Source of the DNA: a virus | Lineage: Duplodnaviria; Caudoviricetes | Reading direction: 5' to 3' (one strand) | Length of the DNA: 52,197 bases | Virus record (IMG/VR): IMGVR_UViG_3300027779_000040 | Location: 1-52,197 of that record | Shown here: one piece after another, positions 28,865 to 36,890 of the stretch | How the letters are laid out: the number at the start of each line of letters is the position of its first letter | How positions within the stretch are numbered: the stretch's first letter is position 1 | Translations under genes and position numbers: made by a program | The notes under the pieces: generated by a model | Told to the model about the DNA's origin: nothing | Databases searched by the model: none | Seen by the model: only the letters and a program-made list of their open reading frames with translations

Positions 28865-28866
28865 AC

Positions 28867-29466
28867 CTAAAAATTAGATTGTGACCATGGTTCTGAATTT
28901 GTGTTGTCGTGTGCTTTAACAACTTCTCCAGCAACATGCTCTTTAATGTAACCTTTTCCTTTCATAAAGTTGACATAGCCTTCCAATTCAGTCTTTCCGT
29001 CTTCATCGTTACGATAAATACGTCCAGCACATTCATTAAAGGCTTTACCTTCTCTCTGATTGAACTTTTCATAGATGTAAATAAGGTTATTCATCTGTGG
29101 CTCTTCAGGAGCTTGAGGAGAATACTTATCATTAAGATATACAGCGATATCAGGTATAGGTCTGTCATTTATTTCCCAATCACCCACTGCATTTACCCCA
29201 GCTTCATCGCCTAAGACTTCCATAAGATTATATATCTTCCTTAGAAGAGTGTTATCTTTGATAGTGCCATTAGGATTCTTGTCAAAAGAACCTGCGATTT
29301 TAAAGTCCTGAGGATATTTGCTATTCTCTAACTTTAGATTCACTTTTAAATACATCGGTGCCCAATCATAGGTACCAGATTTATCTTCAAATGAATCTAT
29401 TCCACAAACTTGATAGCCAAGCCAACTTGCCCCACTTGTTGTTGCTTCTGGTTTAAACAGTGGCAT
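28867..29466 (-). CDS. Putative ssDNA-binding protein
   Basis: Sits between AAA ATPase and primase-helicase; beta-rich with a disordered tail ending in F. Confidence 0.55.
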   Translation of the reverse strand: MPLFKPEATTSGASWLGYQVCGIDSFEDKSGTYDWAPMYLKVNLKLENSKYPQDFKIAGSFDKNPNGTIKDNTLLRKIYNLMEVLGDEAGVNAVGDWEINDRPIPDIAVYLNDKYSPQAPEEPQMNNLIYIYEKFNQREGKAFNECAGRIYRNDEDGKTELEGYVNFMKGKGYIKEHVAGEVVKAHDNTNSEPWSQSNF

Positions 29467-30343
29467 TAACTTTCTCCTTTTCTTTTGTGTTGTAGTTTAG
29501 TATTTCTTCCTTTATTGTTTCGTAATTGAAACGTAAGGTTTTATTTGCAAGAGGTTTAAGCCTACTTCCAACAGTTCGCTCATCATAAGACAAAAATGAT
29601 ATCCATTTGTCATCTGAATCTTTAGTACCAGTTGTATAACCAATAACATCTGCTTTTGCTGTTAGTGCATAGCCTAATCCCCTTGGTAAGTCAGGTGATA
29701 ACTGCACCTTTCCATCATTGATAGCAGATTGCTTAGAATGACTTATAATAATAAGATTCCCACCTTTCTGCTTAATCAAATTTTGAAATTGTTTAATTAT
29801 ATCAAGGTGTTTTCTACGAGCCTTACCCCAATCTGCTCCCCACTGTCCTTGACCCATAACATCAATACCGAGTTCGTCCGTAACAATATCTTCAATCCAC
29901 TTGTTAACTTCGTCTACTGTATCAATAACTATGGTATCATATGGCAAAGAATCCCAGTTGTTCTTCAATTCAAGAAAAACTTCTATTAATGAAATTGCTT
30001 CACAAGGCTGACCTTTCTTGTCGCCACTTCGATGATATAATCCACGTTCAATATTGGGGATTACTTCATACTTGGTGTTACCTTTTTTATCTTTGACTTC
30101 TATGCCATCTAACATTACTTTACGATAAGGGGGGTTTAATGATGTACAAAATACTACATTAGCCTTATCAACAAAGTCTCCACCCAAATCAGTGTCTATA
30201 AGTAAGACACCATCTGAGCCTTTTTCACTCCACGAAGCTGAATTAGTAGACTTGCCCGATTTGGGCTGACCAATAAAATAATAGGTCAACCCAGCAGGCA
30301 TACTTTTCCAGTCGGTGGAGATTTTATGAACAGGTAAGCTCAT
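29453..30343 (-). CDS. AAA_24/Sak4-like P-loop ATPase (recombination/annealing)
   Basis: GQPKSGKST Walker A, TIVIDTVD Walker B, G..WG, IIISHSK, ADVIGY. Confidence 0.85.
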   Translation of the reverse strand: MSLPVHKISTDWKSMPAGLTYYFIGQPKSGKSTNSASWSEKGSDGVLLIDTDLGGDFVDKANVVFCTSLNPPYRKVMLDGIEVKDKKGNTKYEVIPNIERGLYHRSGDKKGQPCEAISLIEVFLELKNNWDSLPYDTIVIDTVDEVNKWIEDIVTDELGIDVMGQGQWGADWGKARRKHLDIIKQFQNLIKQKGGNLIIISHSKQSAINDGKVQLSPDLPRGLGYALTAKADVIGYTTGTKDSDDKWISFLSYDERTVGSRLKPLANKTLRFNYETIKEEILNYNTKEKEKVNATV

Positions 30344-31017
30344 ATTTTATCTCCTTCGTTGTTAATTTTAGGGATTACTAAGGTTTGTTTATCTACCGAG
30401 AGAGGCGATAATCCAGCCCAAATATATGAAAAATAAGGACGATTTGCAACCAGTTTAAACACCTTACCCATACCTAAACTTGCTACCAAAGAGGCAGTAA
30501 ATATAGTATGTTTAGCGGTGCAAGGTTCAGCAATATCAGTACTTGGAGGATTCCATGTGTCTATGAAATCATCATTCTCTTTCGTTACTGTTATCACTTC
30601 CATTGACAATGCTCCCATACGCATATCAATCAACCATTCACGGTTCTTCATCCCAAGCCAAGTCCTATAAACATCAAGTCTTGTATCCATATTATCTGGT
30701 CCCATCATTACACATGGCTCCAGTTCTTTTCCCATTTCAAAGCGTTCTTCTTTAAAATCACCATCCGAACCATATTCATTAGCCGTATGGAGTGCACATT
30801 CTGCCTTACTTAAACCAAGATACTTTATTGGGTAAGATGTTGTAGACAAATTATGTTCAGAAAGCTTATCATGGTCATATCCATGTATGAAATTAAAACC
30901 CATTAGTGAACAAAGCTGGACAAGGGAGGAACCAATCCCCCCTAATCCAATTATAGAAACAGATTCTAATTTTTCCTGAGGTATTAAGTCAGAATTTCTT
31001 AAAAATCTATTTTCCAT
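30340..31017 (-). CDS. ThiF/E1-like ubiquitin-like-protein activating enzyme
   Basis: Start reassigned to ATG 31017 (GGAG RBS); RFLRN, IIGLGGIGS, YDHDKLSEHNL, G.SK, GPDN..TR, candidate catalytic Cys in EPC(166)TAK. Confidence 0.9.
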   Translation of the reverse strand: MENRFLRNSDLIPQEKLESVSIIGLGGIGSSLVQLCSLMGFNFIHGYDHDKLSEHNLSTTSYPIKYLGLSKAECALHTANEYGSDGDFKEERFEMGKELEPCVMMGPDNMDTRLDVYRTWLGMKNREWLIDMRMGALSMEVITVTKENDDFIDTWNPPSTDIAEPCTAKHTIFTASLVASLGMGKVFKLVANRPYFSYIWAGLSPLSVDKQTLVIPKINNEGDKI

Positions 31018-31924
31018 TACTAAGTTCTCCATGTTCTTTAACGTCAATTTGGTTAATATTGAAATAATGCCATGGCTCAAGACCCATTTTGTTCATTTCA
31101 ATCTTAAAATGATACCAATTAATAGTTCCTAATTGGAATTCTTCCCCAATCGCCATTACTTCTTCCACTTCTGCTTTTGTTAAAGACTCTACTATTGCTA
31201 TTGCATCTTCTTCAAAACCATAAGACATGCCAGAACCATAACCTACTCCATAAGGCGTGTCGTATTCGGTTGAAAGCGCTGGATTGGGTTTTGCTAAAGG
31301 GAGATTAGTCTGGTTTTTATCAACAACCGAAGTTATCGGAGTATGAACTTTACCATAACCATTCAAAGAATTGTGTCCACCCCAACTAAAAGTAGTCTTG
31401 GCTTCTTTTTCAATCTTCTCAGCAATCTCCTTCCATTCTGGTACTACTTTTACACCATTAGCTACAATGATATCTTCTTTATCCAGCTTATAGAGTGATT
31501 TCTTCTTGTATTGGTCGAGATAAGAAAACGCAAAAGCATATTTCTCCTTTGTACTCGCTACTACTAAACTACAGTAAAAGTTTTCTTCAGGAGCCATGTC
31601 TTCTAATGTCCCTTCATCTGTTCCACTAAAGAATGCACCCATAGTATGATGTGAATGAATTAATCCTATGCAACATTTCTTCAATTTAGGATGCTTTTGA
31701 TAAGACTCTCTTATTATTTTAGCAAAGTCTTGTGCGTCCCAATCTGTAGCCGTTCCATGACCTAAATCCAATGGATGAAAATGAAGAAGGCTAAAAGTCG
31801 TTGGAAAACCATCTTCATCTTTGTTAATTTGATACCATGCTGGTCCAGACCATTCCTTAGAAGGAAACTCGCCCAGAAAGTACTGTATCTTGTTGTTTAT
31901 CGTTTTTGAAAGTGTCAATATCAC
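31007..31924 (-). CDS. JAB/JAMM (MPN+) metallo-isopeptidase
   Basis: E24(EWSG)...H90-S-H92-x7-S100-x2-D103; GTG start with AAGGAG RBS. Confidence 0.9.
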   Translation of the reverse strand: MILTLSKTINNKIQYFLGEFPSKEWSGPAWYQINKDEDGFPTTFSLLHFHPLDLGHGTATDWDAQDFAKIIRESYQKHPKLKKCCIGLIHSHHTMGAFFSGTDEGTLEDMAPEENFYCSLVVASTKEKYAFAFSYLDQYKKKSLYKLDKEDIIVANGVKVVPEWKEIAEKIEKEAKTTFSWGGHNSLNGYGKVHTPITSVVDKNQTNLPLAKPNPALSTEYDTPYGVGYGSGMSYGFEEDAIAIVESLTKAEVEEVMAIGEEFQLGTINWYHFKIEMNKMGLEPWHYFNINQIDVKEHGELSNGK

Positions 31925-33491
31925 CTTGTATCTCCTTTATGTAATGTGTTAAACTTGCTACTTTGTTTTCTCCACATGCTATTTTGCATGCAGACATTGC
32001 TGATTCAATCCATTCTATGTTATATGCGTCTGGACCTAAAGGATTATCCCCTTCAGCCTTATCTTCATTGTAACCTTGAAACATTTCATCCCATTCTTCT
32101 ACTGAACGTGGAAAAATTGTTTCCCATAGTCGAGTCATTATTTCAAATTTACAAGCATCTACCAAATAACCATCGTTCCTTTCATGGTACCTTTTTCTTA
32201 CTTCAGTAATGATAGTATGAAGTAAATAACCATCGGTTTCTGTTAGCATTTTAAAGAACGCTATGCGGAATCGAGTTGCAGGATGGTAATTGTCTTTATG
32301 GTGAGGATATCGGCTTGGTTCAGGATATAGAAAAGAAGCAAAAGCATTTCTGTATCTTTTCATTTTACCTAAAACCCATTGCATAGTCTGTCTACCATCT
32401 TTTCGTGTAGAACGTTTGATATCAGAATGACTTTCATGATACATAGTTATATCCGAATCTAATTCTGCAATTCTGTAACCATACTCTTCCCAACCTCTGT
32501 TGCAAAGTAAATCCATTCTTTTTGCAAGAGCCATATATTTAGCGGCACCTTCAAAAGTAATAGATTTTTCTCCATTTACAGCATCGAAAGTCCCATAAGT
32601 AGCCCTTCCACGAGAATTAAAACATTGCATAGCACGATTGCATAGATATAAAGTTGAAAAGCATACCTTTAAAATAAAAATAAGGTCTGTTTCCGTTTTA
32701 CATTTTTCTGCTAACATTGGTAGAATCTCTCTAAATTCTTCAAATTCAGTAGTACTACCCACCATGTGTCCCAATTTATCCATCTGTACGCCTGATAAGA
32801 TTATTTTATTATTCAAATCTTTCAAGGGCTTAAACCGATTCATGTTAAAGTAGGCTGAGTGTCTGTTCCAAGTAAAGAGAAAACTCTTTATTAATGTAAA
32901 ATACTGTAGAACATTGCCCTGTGCCGCACTCTTATACATCATGTTATCGAATGCTCCTAAACATGGTTCTGTATTAGTTATATGAGGATGACGAGCATCT
33001 CTCCACCATAAATCTGGTTTTGTTTTTGCTCTGTCAGGATTAACATAACCAAAATGATTTAATTCAAGATTCTCAAATCGTAATCGGGGGACACAGCTTG
33101 AGTCACTACCTTTTGTTAATATGCAATAAATAGTTCCAAAATTCTGGACACTTGTTCCCCTTAACTTCACATTGTCAAATTGTATTATCATATATGACCT
33201 TGATATAGGATGAGGGTAGTTTGGATTAAAATACTTACCATTATTTGAATCACCACTAACTTTCCAGTGAACAATATTGAAATGTTTAGTAATCAATTCA
33301 AACTCTTGCATACGTTTGGTTCCATCAAGTGTCTTGAAAGATGGAAAGCATTCTAAGAATACTCGTAATAATTTTGCTTTTGAAAGCACTACTGGTGAAT
33401 CACGAGCATCTTGGTTTACTCCGTAATTACCCATATGAAGAGGATTCCAATGTTCCATCGGACTCTTCTTAAACACCTGTTTTAAATTCAT
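31857..33491 (-). CDS. E2/UBC-like conjugating domain protein with long helical C-terminus
   Basis: H168PHITNTEPC177LG followed by VLQYFTLIKSFLFTWNRHSAY, matching UBC HPN(I)...CL and its following helix; flanked by Ubl and JAB genes. Confidence 0.72.
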   Translation of the reverse strand: MNLKQVFKKSPMEHWNPLHMGNYGVNQDARDSPVVLSKAKLLRVFLECFPSFKTLDGTKRMQEFELITKHFNIVHWKVSGDSNNGKYFNPNYPHPISRSYMIIQFDNVKLRGTSVQNFGTIYCILTKGSDSSCVPRLRFENLELNHFGYVNPDRAKTKPDLWWRDARHPHITNTEPCLGAFDNMMYKSAAQGNVLQYFTLIKSFLFTWNRHSAYFNMNRFKPLKDLNNKIILSGVQMDKLGHMVGSTTEFEEFREILPMLAEKCKTETDLIFILKVCFSTLYLCNRAMQCFNSRGRATYGTFDAVNGEKSITFEGAAKYMALAKRMDLLCNRGWEEYGYRIAELDSDITMYHESHSDIKRSTRKDGRQTMQWVLGKMKRYRNAFASFLYPEPSRYPHHKDNYHPATRFRIAFFKMLTETDGYLLHTIITEVRKRYHERNDGYLVDACKFEIMTRLWETIFPRSVEEWDEMFQGYNEDKAEGDNPLGPDAYNIEWIESAMSACKIACGENKVASLTHYIKEIQGDIDTFKNDKQQDTVLSGRVSF

Positions 33492-33509
33492 AATTCACTC
33501 CTGTGATAT

Positions 33510-33611
33510 ATCAAACAAGCCCCTTAACTAACTGCCAAGTCTTCCAGACTAATTAAATTAGTTTGAAATTAGTTTCAGAGGCTCATTTGATTGGTTCGTC
33601 TCTTACGAGAC
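33510..33611 (-). promoter_or_regulatory. Structured intergenic RNA between Ubl and E2 genes
   Basis: gtctc-GTAA-gagac hairpin plus 15-bp stem atcaaatgagcctct/aggggcttgtttgat with G-U pairs on the minus strand. Confidence 0.6.
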
Positions 33612-33622
33612 TGATTTAAAAA

Positions 33623-33886
33623 CTATGCACCTTTTGCAAGGTTTACAGCTTTTCCTGAAAGTACAACATCAATAGATGTCGCACCCGACTCCACTTTGGA
33701 CTTCTGGAAAGAGACATAATCTCCATCCCGAAGGTCTTGTGTGGCGGTGGCTTCGCTTTCATTCACGAAGATTTTAACGCCATCCAAGGACAAGTCCCAA
33801 GTTTGAGCAATGGATGCCGGTGTATTCGACTCCATTTCATGCACCGTACCACCTGAATGATACGATATTGCAAAGATATTAGCCAT
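33623..33886 (-). CDS. Ubiquitin-like (beta-grasp, ThiS/MoaD-like) protein with C-terminal extension
   Basis: 87 aa; IFVNESEA....DLRDGDYVSF....VESG68 fits the ThiS/MoaD pattern VN...L.DGD.V.f...V.GG; AGGAG RBS; first gene of the E2-JAB-E1 cluster. Confidence 0.8.
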   Translation of the reverse strand: MANIFAISYHSGGTVHEMESNTPASIAQTWDLSLDGVKIFVNESEATATQDLRDGDYVSFQKSKVESGATSIDVVLSGKAVNLAKGA

Positions 33887-33897
33887 GGACTAACTCC

Positions 33898-34116
33898 TTA
33901 ACTCTTCAGGGTTTCGTGGTTATCCCGTATCGTTAACCATTTCTCTACTGAACCCTGATTGTCAGTAGTATGGTTTTTAGTGCGTATAATAACGAACTTA
34001 GACACAGGTCTTTTTTTCCGACAGATAGCTAATATAAAATCAGCACTTCTTTGAGTAGAATAGATGCCTATTAACATCTTCTGTCCTTTGAATTTCTCAC
34101 ATAACATCCAATTCAC
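33898..34116 (-). CDS. Hypothetical basic protein
   Basis: GTGA-coupled to the upstream gene. Confidence 0.6.
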   Translation of the reverse strand: MNWMLCEKFKGQKMLIGIYSTQRSADFILAICRKKRPVSKFVIIRTKNHTTDNQGSVEKWLTIRDNHETLKS

Positions 34117-34304
34117 CAGTCTATCTCACTGTCGAGATTTTCATCTAACTCTATAGCCTTGTGAAAATAAGGAGTCATTCTAAGAAGACCGTTTAATTCA
34201 ACGGATTTTTCTCGGTAAAACTCCAGTTTATTTAAGATGTGTACATGCTCTCTTAGCAGGAAAACATAACCTATTAAGAGTACTACAATGATGTATATCT
34301 CCAT
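34113..34304 (-). CDS. Small membrane-anchored protein
   Basis: N-terminal TM IYIIVVLLIGYVFLL; AAGGAG RBS. Confidence 0.7.
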   Translation of the reverse strand: MEIYIIVVLLIGYVFLLREHVHILNKLEFYREKSVELNGLLRMTPYFHKAIELDENLDSEIDW

Positions 34305-34332
34305 GACATACTCCTTGTGTTGTTAAGAAAAT

Positions 34333-34659
34333 CTTTGTGGGTAGTCAGACTAACCACTTGAAATATAAAAATGCTGACCTACTGATTTTCACAGCTCTTA
34401 CTTGTAGTATATCTACTATGGCAAAAGCCAGCATTTTTGATCGGTTTAATAAAGAGAGGTCTGACCTTTTTCACAAGTCTAATGCACATATCTTGCTACT
34501 CTATTATCAAACTGGGTAAAGGTTTTCAGGAATCAGAATCCGGCTTTCCGGCTACTTTAAAAAGAGCCATGTCACGCAGTCGGTATATTACTGCTGGCTT
34601 TACCCAATTCCTGAAAGTAGGATAGTATTTCTACTGTTCCTATGTAACAGACAAGTGCA
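34333..34659 (-). ncRNA. Candidate ~330-nt two-domain structured non-coding RNA
   Basis: Multiple long stems, a GAAA tetraloop, G-U pairs read on the minus strand, interleaved 10-bp and 9-bp helices; occupies a gene-free gap. Confidence 0.65.
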
Positions 34660-34667
34660 GAGGGAAT

Positions 34668-34898
34668 CTATTGATTGTCGTGCTGATTATCCGTTACATT
34701 ACATTTTTCACATTCTAATCTTTCCAATCCAATAGTAGGAAAGTCTTCATAATACATGACGGGATGACCCAGTGTGTAGTCTATTTCCCATACAAGATTA
34801 CATGTCTTGCAATACTTCAAGCGTTTGGATACACCTTTATTCTTTTCCTTATCCATGCTCTTACGGCTATCCCCACCAAGAAATTGTTCATATCTCAT
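34668..34898 (-). CDS. Zinc-finger-like hypothetical protein
   Basis: CKTC..VWE...Y.DFPT.G..R..CEKC. Confidence 0.7.
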   Translation of the reverse strand: MRYEQFLGGDSRKSMDKEKNKGVSKRLKYCKTCNLVWEIDYTLGHPVMYYEDFPTIGLERLECEKCNVTDNQHDNQ

Positions 34899-35104
34899 TT
34901 CTCAAACTCCAATGATTGCTCTATTTGTGCATCAGCTACTTCATCAATTTCACGCTCTATTTGTTGAGCACGAGAGACCATTTCTTCAAGTGTAACACCT
35001 GTCTTAATGAAATACTCAGTGGTGCTAACACCGAGTACATCATCCAGATATTCACGAATTTCATCAATATTAATTCGTTTCTGAGACCTATTCCAGTCTA
35101 CCAT
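34895..35104 (-). CDS. Hypothetical protein
   Basis: Overlap-coupled within the leftward operon. Confidence 0.65.
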   Translation of the reverse strand: MVDWNRSQKRINIDEIREYLDDVLGVSTTEYFIKTGVTLEEMVSRAQQIEREIDEVADAQIEQSLEFEK

Positions 35105-35325
35105 TCTAATTCAGGCTCATCTACTATTTCAAGCAGACCTTCTTCAAGAAAAGCATCCATATCCCTGTCAAACTCATACTTTCTACGAGCCGTTCTTCTT
35201 TGACGGGCATTACCTGTAAACTTAGGCATAGTGACCGCTTTGCTATCAACAGAAATTACTGATACTTTCGTTGGGACATATTTCAGTACCAACCTTTTTA
35301 CTAAATTAAGGATGTATTTCAACAT
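35098..35325 (-). CDS. Hypothetical protein
   Basis: AAGGAG RBS; contains GNARQRRTARRK. Confidence 0.65.
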   Translation of the reverse strand: MLKYILNLVKRLVLKYVPTKVSVISVDSKAVTMPKFTGNARQRRTARRKYEFDRDMDAFLEEGLLEIVDEPELEW

Positions 35326-35327
35326 TC

Positions 35328-35495
35328 TTATTCTCCTTCTATTTGTATGCGAAGTTTATGTTCCGCACGGGTTCTTGAGTAATTAGTAGTCCAAATAGCA
35401 TGAACAACACTGTTCACCATAAATGTCCACCAATAATGTTTAATCATTCTATCATTAGGTACTACCTTACGCACACTAATTAAAGAATATTTCAT
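35328..35495 (-). CDS. Small hypothetical protein (55 aa, not in ORF track)
   Basis: MKYSLISVRKVVPNDRMIKHYWWTFMVNSVVHAIWTTNYSRTRAEHKLRIQIEGE; abuts the next gene. Confidence 0.5.
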   Translation of the reverse strand: MKYSLISVRKVVPNDRMIKHYWWTFMVNSVVHAIWTTNYSRTRAEHKLRIQIEGE

Positions 35496-35525
35496 CGTTA
35501 ACCTGTTCCTTTGGAGTCATAACCA

Positions 35526-35591
35526 AAGATACCGATTGGACTGGCGTTCTTTATAAGCAACATTACTTGCTCACCAGCCAACCGACATCTT
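35526..35591 (-). promoter_or_regulatory. Long intergenic RNA hairpin
   Basis: Minus strand aagatgtcggttggctgg...ccagtccaatcggtatctt, 18 bp with 3 G-U pairs and an internal hairpin. Confidence 0.65.
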
Positions 35592-35727
35592 AACCACATT
35601 TATCATCCCATAGATTGTATGTTATGTTAATTTCGCATGGATGTATTACTCCTGTTATTAACCACTAAAAAAGATATAACAACACTAACGGATAATGCTT
35701 GCGCATGAGTTCCGTGTAATAAAATAA

Positions 35728-35776
35728 CCCCTACCCAACCCACCCATGAATAAACATAGGCAGGTTAGTGTAGGAA
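35728..35776 (-). promoter_or_regulatory. Long intergenic RNA hairpin
   Basis: Minus strand cctacactaacctgcctatg-tttatt-catgggtgggttgggtagg, ~19 bp with several G-U pairs. Confidence 0.65.
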
Positions 35777-35788
35777 GATTAGACAGTC

Positions 35789-36223
35789 TTATGCTGTAGC
35801 GACTTTGTCAGTTTTGGCGTGTTCAACCAATACGATGTCCAAAGCATTCGCAAGTCCTTTAGATGTAGAACTGATAGTCCCAGAATCCTGTTGGAACTTC
35901 ACGCTTGTCATCTTATGGCGTTCGAACCTTCCAGTCTTTTTAGAGTCGTAGCCTGTTACATCTTTCTCGGTTACAGAGAGAGTATAACTGCATACATGAC
36001 CAGAAGGTAACGTTACAACCCAATTATAGACTTTATCAGCCATGTTAAGCTTAAACCATTCGAATACGGACATCTCTACTCCTTCTTCATCTTTGATGAC
36101 AGAGTCGATATTGAGTATAGAGAAGTAGGTCATACCCCACTCATTTATACCTGAACGCAGTTGAATGTCTATACCTAATACGGTGCAGATAGACATAAGA
36201 TTGTCAATTAGTGCTTGTTTCAT
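35789..36223 (-). CDS. Hypothetical protein, first gene of the leftward arm
   Basis: AAGGAGTG RBS; 144 aa. Confidence 0.75.
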   Translation of the reverse strand: MKQALIDNLMSICTVLGIDIQLRSGINEWGMTYFSILNIDSVIKDEEGVEMSVFEWFKLNMADKVYNWVVTLPSGHVCSYTLSVTEKDVTGYDSKKTGRFERHKMTSVKFQQDSGTISSTSKGLANALDIVLVEHAKTDKVATA

Positions 36224-36300
36224 TTATTCACTCCTTAAGTGATTATGGTTATTAGCAATCTCATCATTATATGATACCACATAACAACGAGAGATAGGCA

Positions 36301-36422
36301 GGGGCTGTGGTGTTGCAAGAGTAACCCCAAGATTTTAACCGAGCAAACGGGATTTCAACGTAAACAGATAGGCGGAAGGGTAAAATCGGGGGGTACTCGC
36401 AACTTGTATATCATGCTCCCCC
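36301..36422 (+). repeat. Long imperfect inverted repeat in the divergence region
   Basis: ggggctgtggtgttgcaagagtaaccccaagattttaacc ... gggtaaaatcggggggtactcgcaacttgtatatcatgctcccc. Confidence 0.7.
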
Positions 36423-36577
36423 ACTATATAGTATTTTTTTGAAAATGGGCTATCCAGTCGCCATATTACAAGGTATTTCTCGGTTATAATCGCCAAATAA
36501 CATACTTTTTGAGGGAGTATACCTTTCTTTGAGGATGAAGTATTCTAGCCTAATGTGCACCTGTTGGAAAAAAAGTC

Positions 36578-36607
36578 TTGACTTGCGGTGTCTATGTATA
36601 GTACTAT
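36578..36607 (+). promoter_or_regulatory. Possible sigma70-like rightward promoter
   Basis: TTGACT-18 bp-TACTAT upstream of the rightward arm; overlaps palindrome tatagtactata. Confidence 0.35.
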
Positions 36608-36704
36608 AGAGCTCGTTATGGAGCTGTAATACTAACAATTAACCATCAAGTTTTCCTTTCTTAATAAGAGCTCTACCCCTGTATAATTTTAATTTTTTTC
36701 TATA

Positions 36705-36890
36705 TTGACAAACACCTATTTTCAGCAGTACATTACACCAACTGGAGACATTGATTTTCAGCTACTCTACAAAGAGATGGAGGGAATGGTTGGATTTGAA
36801 GCCAAAAGAAGAAGGGAATCACTATACAAGTCCGTAAAAGACTATCATAGTCAACTTTCGGAAACGCCGGACCGCTTAGGTCATAAATAG
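36705..36890 (+). CDS. Possible small hypothetical protein
   Basis: 61-aa ORF with TTG start and no clear RBS. Confidence 0.35.
   Translation: MTNTYFQQYITPTGDIDFQLLYKEMEGMVGFEAKRRRESLYKSVKDYHSQLSETPDRLGHK

Noticed and set aside
33590-33622. Hammerhead ribozyme (minus strand GUCUC-GUAA-GAGAC-GAA resembles stem II plus GAA)
   Set aside because: The CUGANGA core is absent and GAAA reads GAAC
30340-33886. Thiamine/molybdopterin or tRNA-thiolation sulfur-carrier pathway (ThiS-ThiF)
   Set aside because: No ThiG, MoaE, rhodanese, desulfurase or PP-loop thiolase gene; an E2-like gene sits within the cluster; not excluded biochemically, but less parsimonious
34337-34625. Two short plus-strand ORFs in the ncRNA candidate region
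   Set aside because: Antisense to the surrounding operon, non-ATG starts and no RBS
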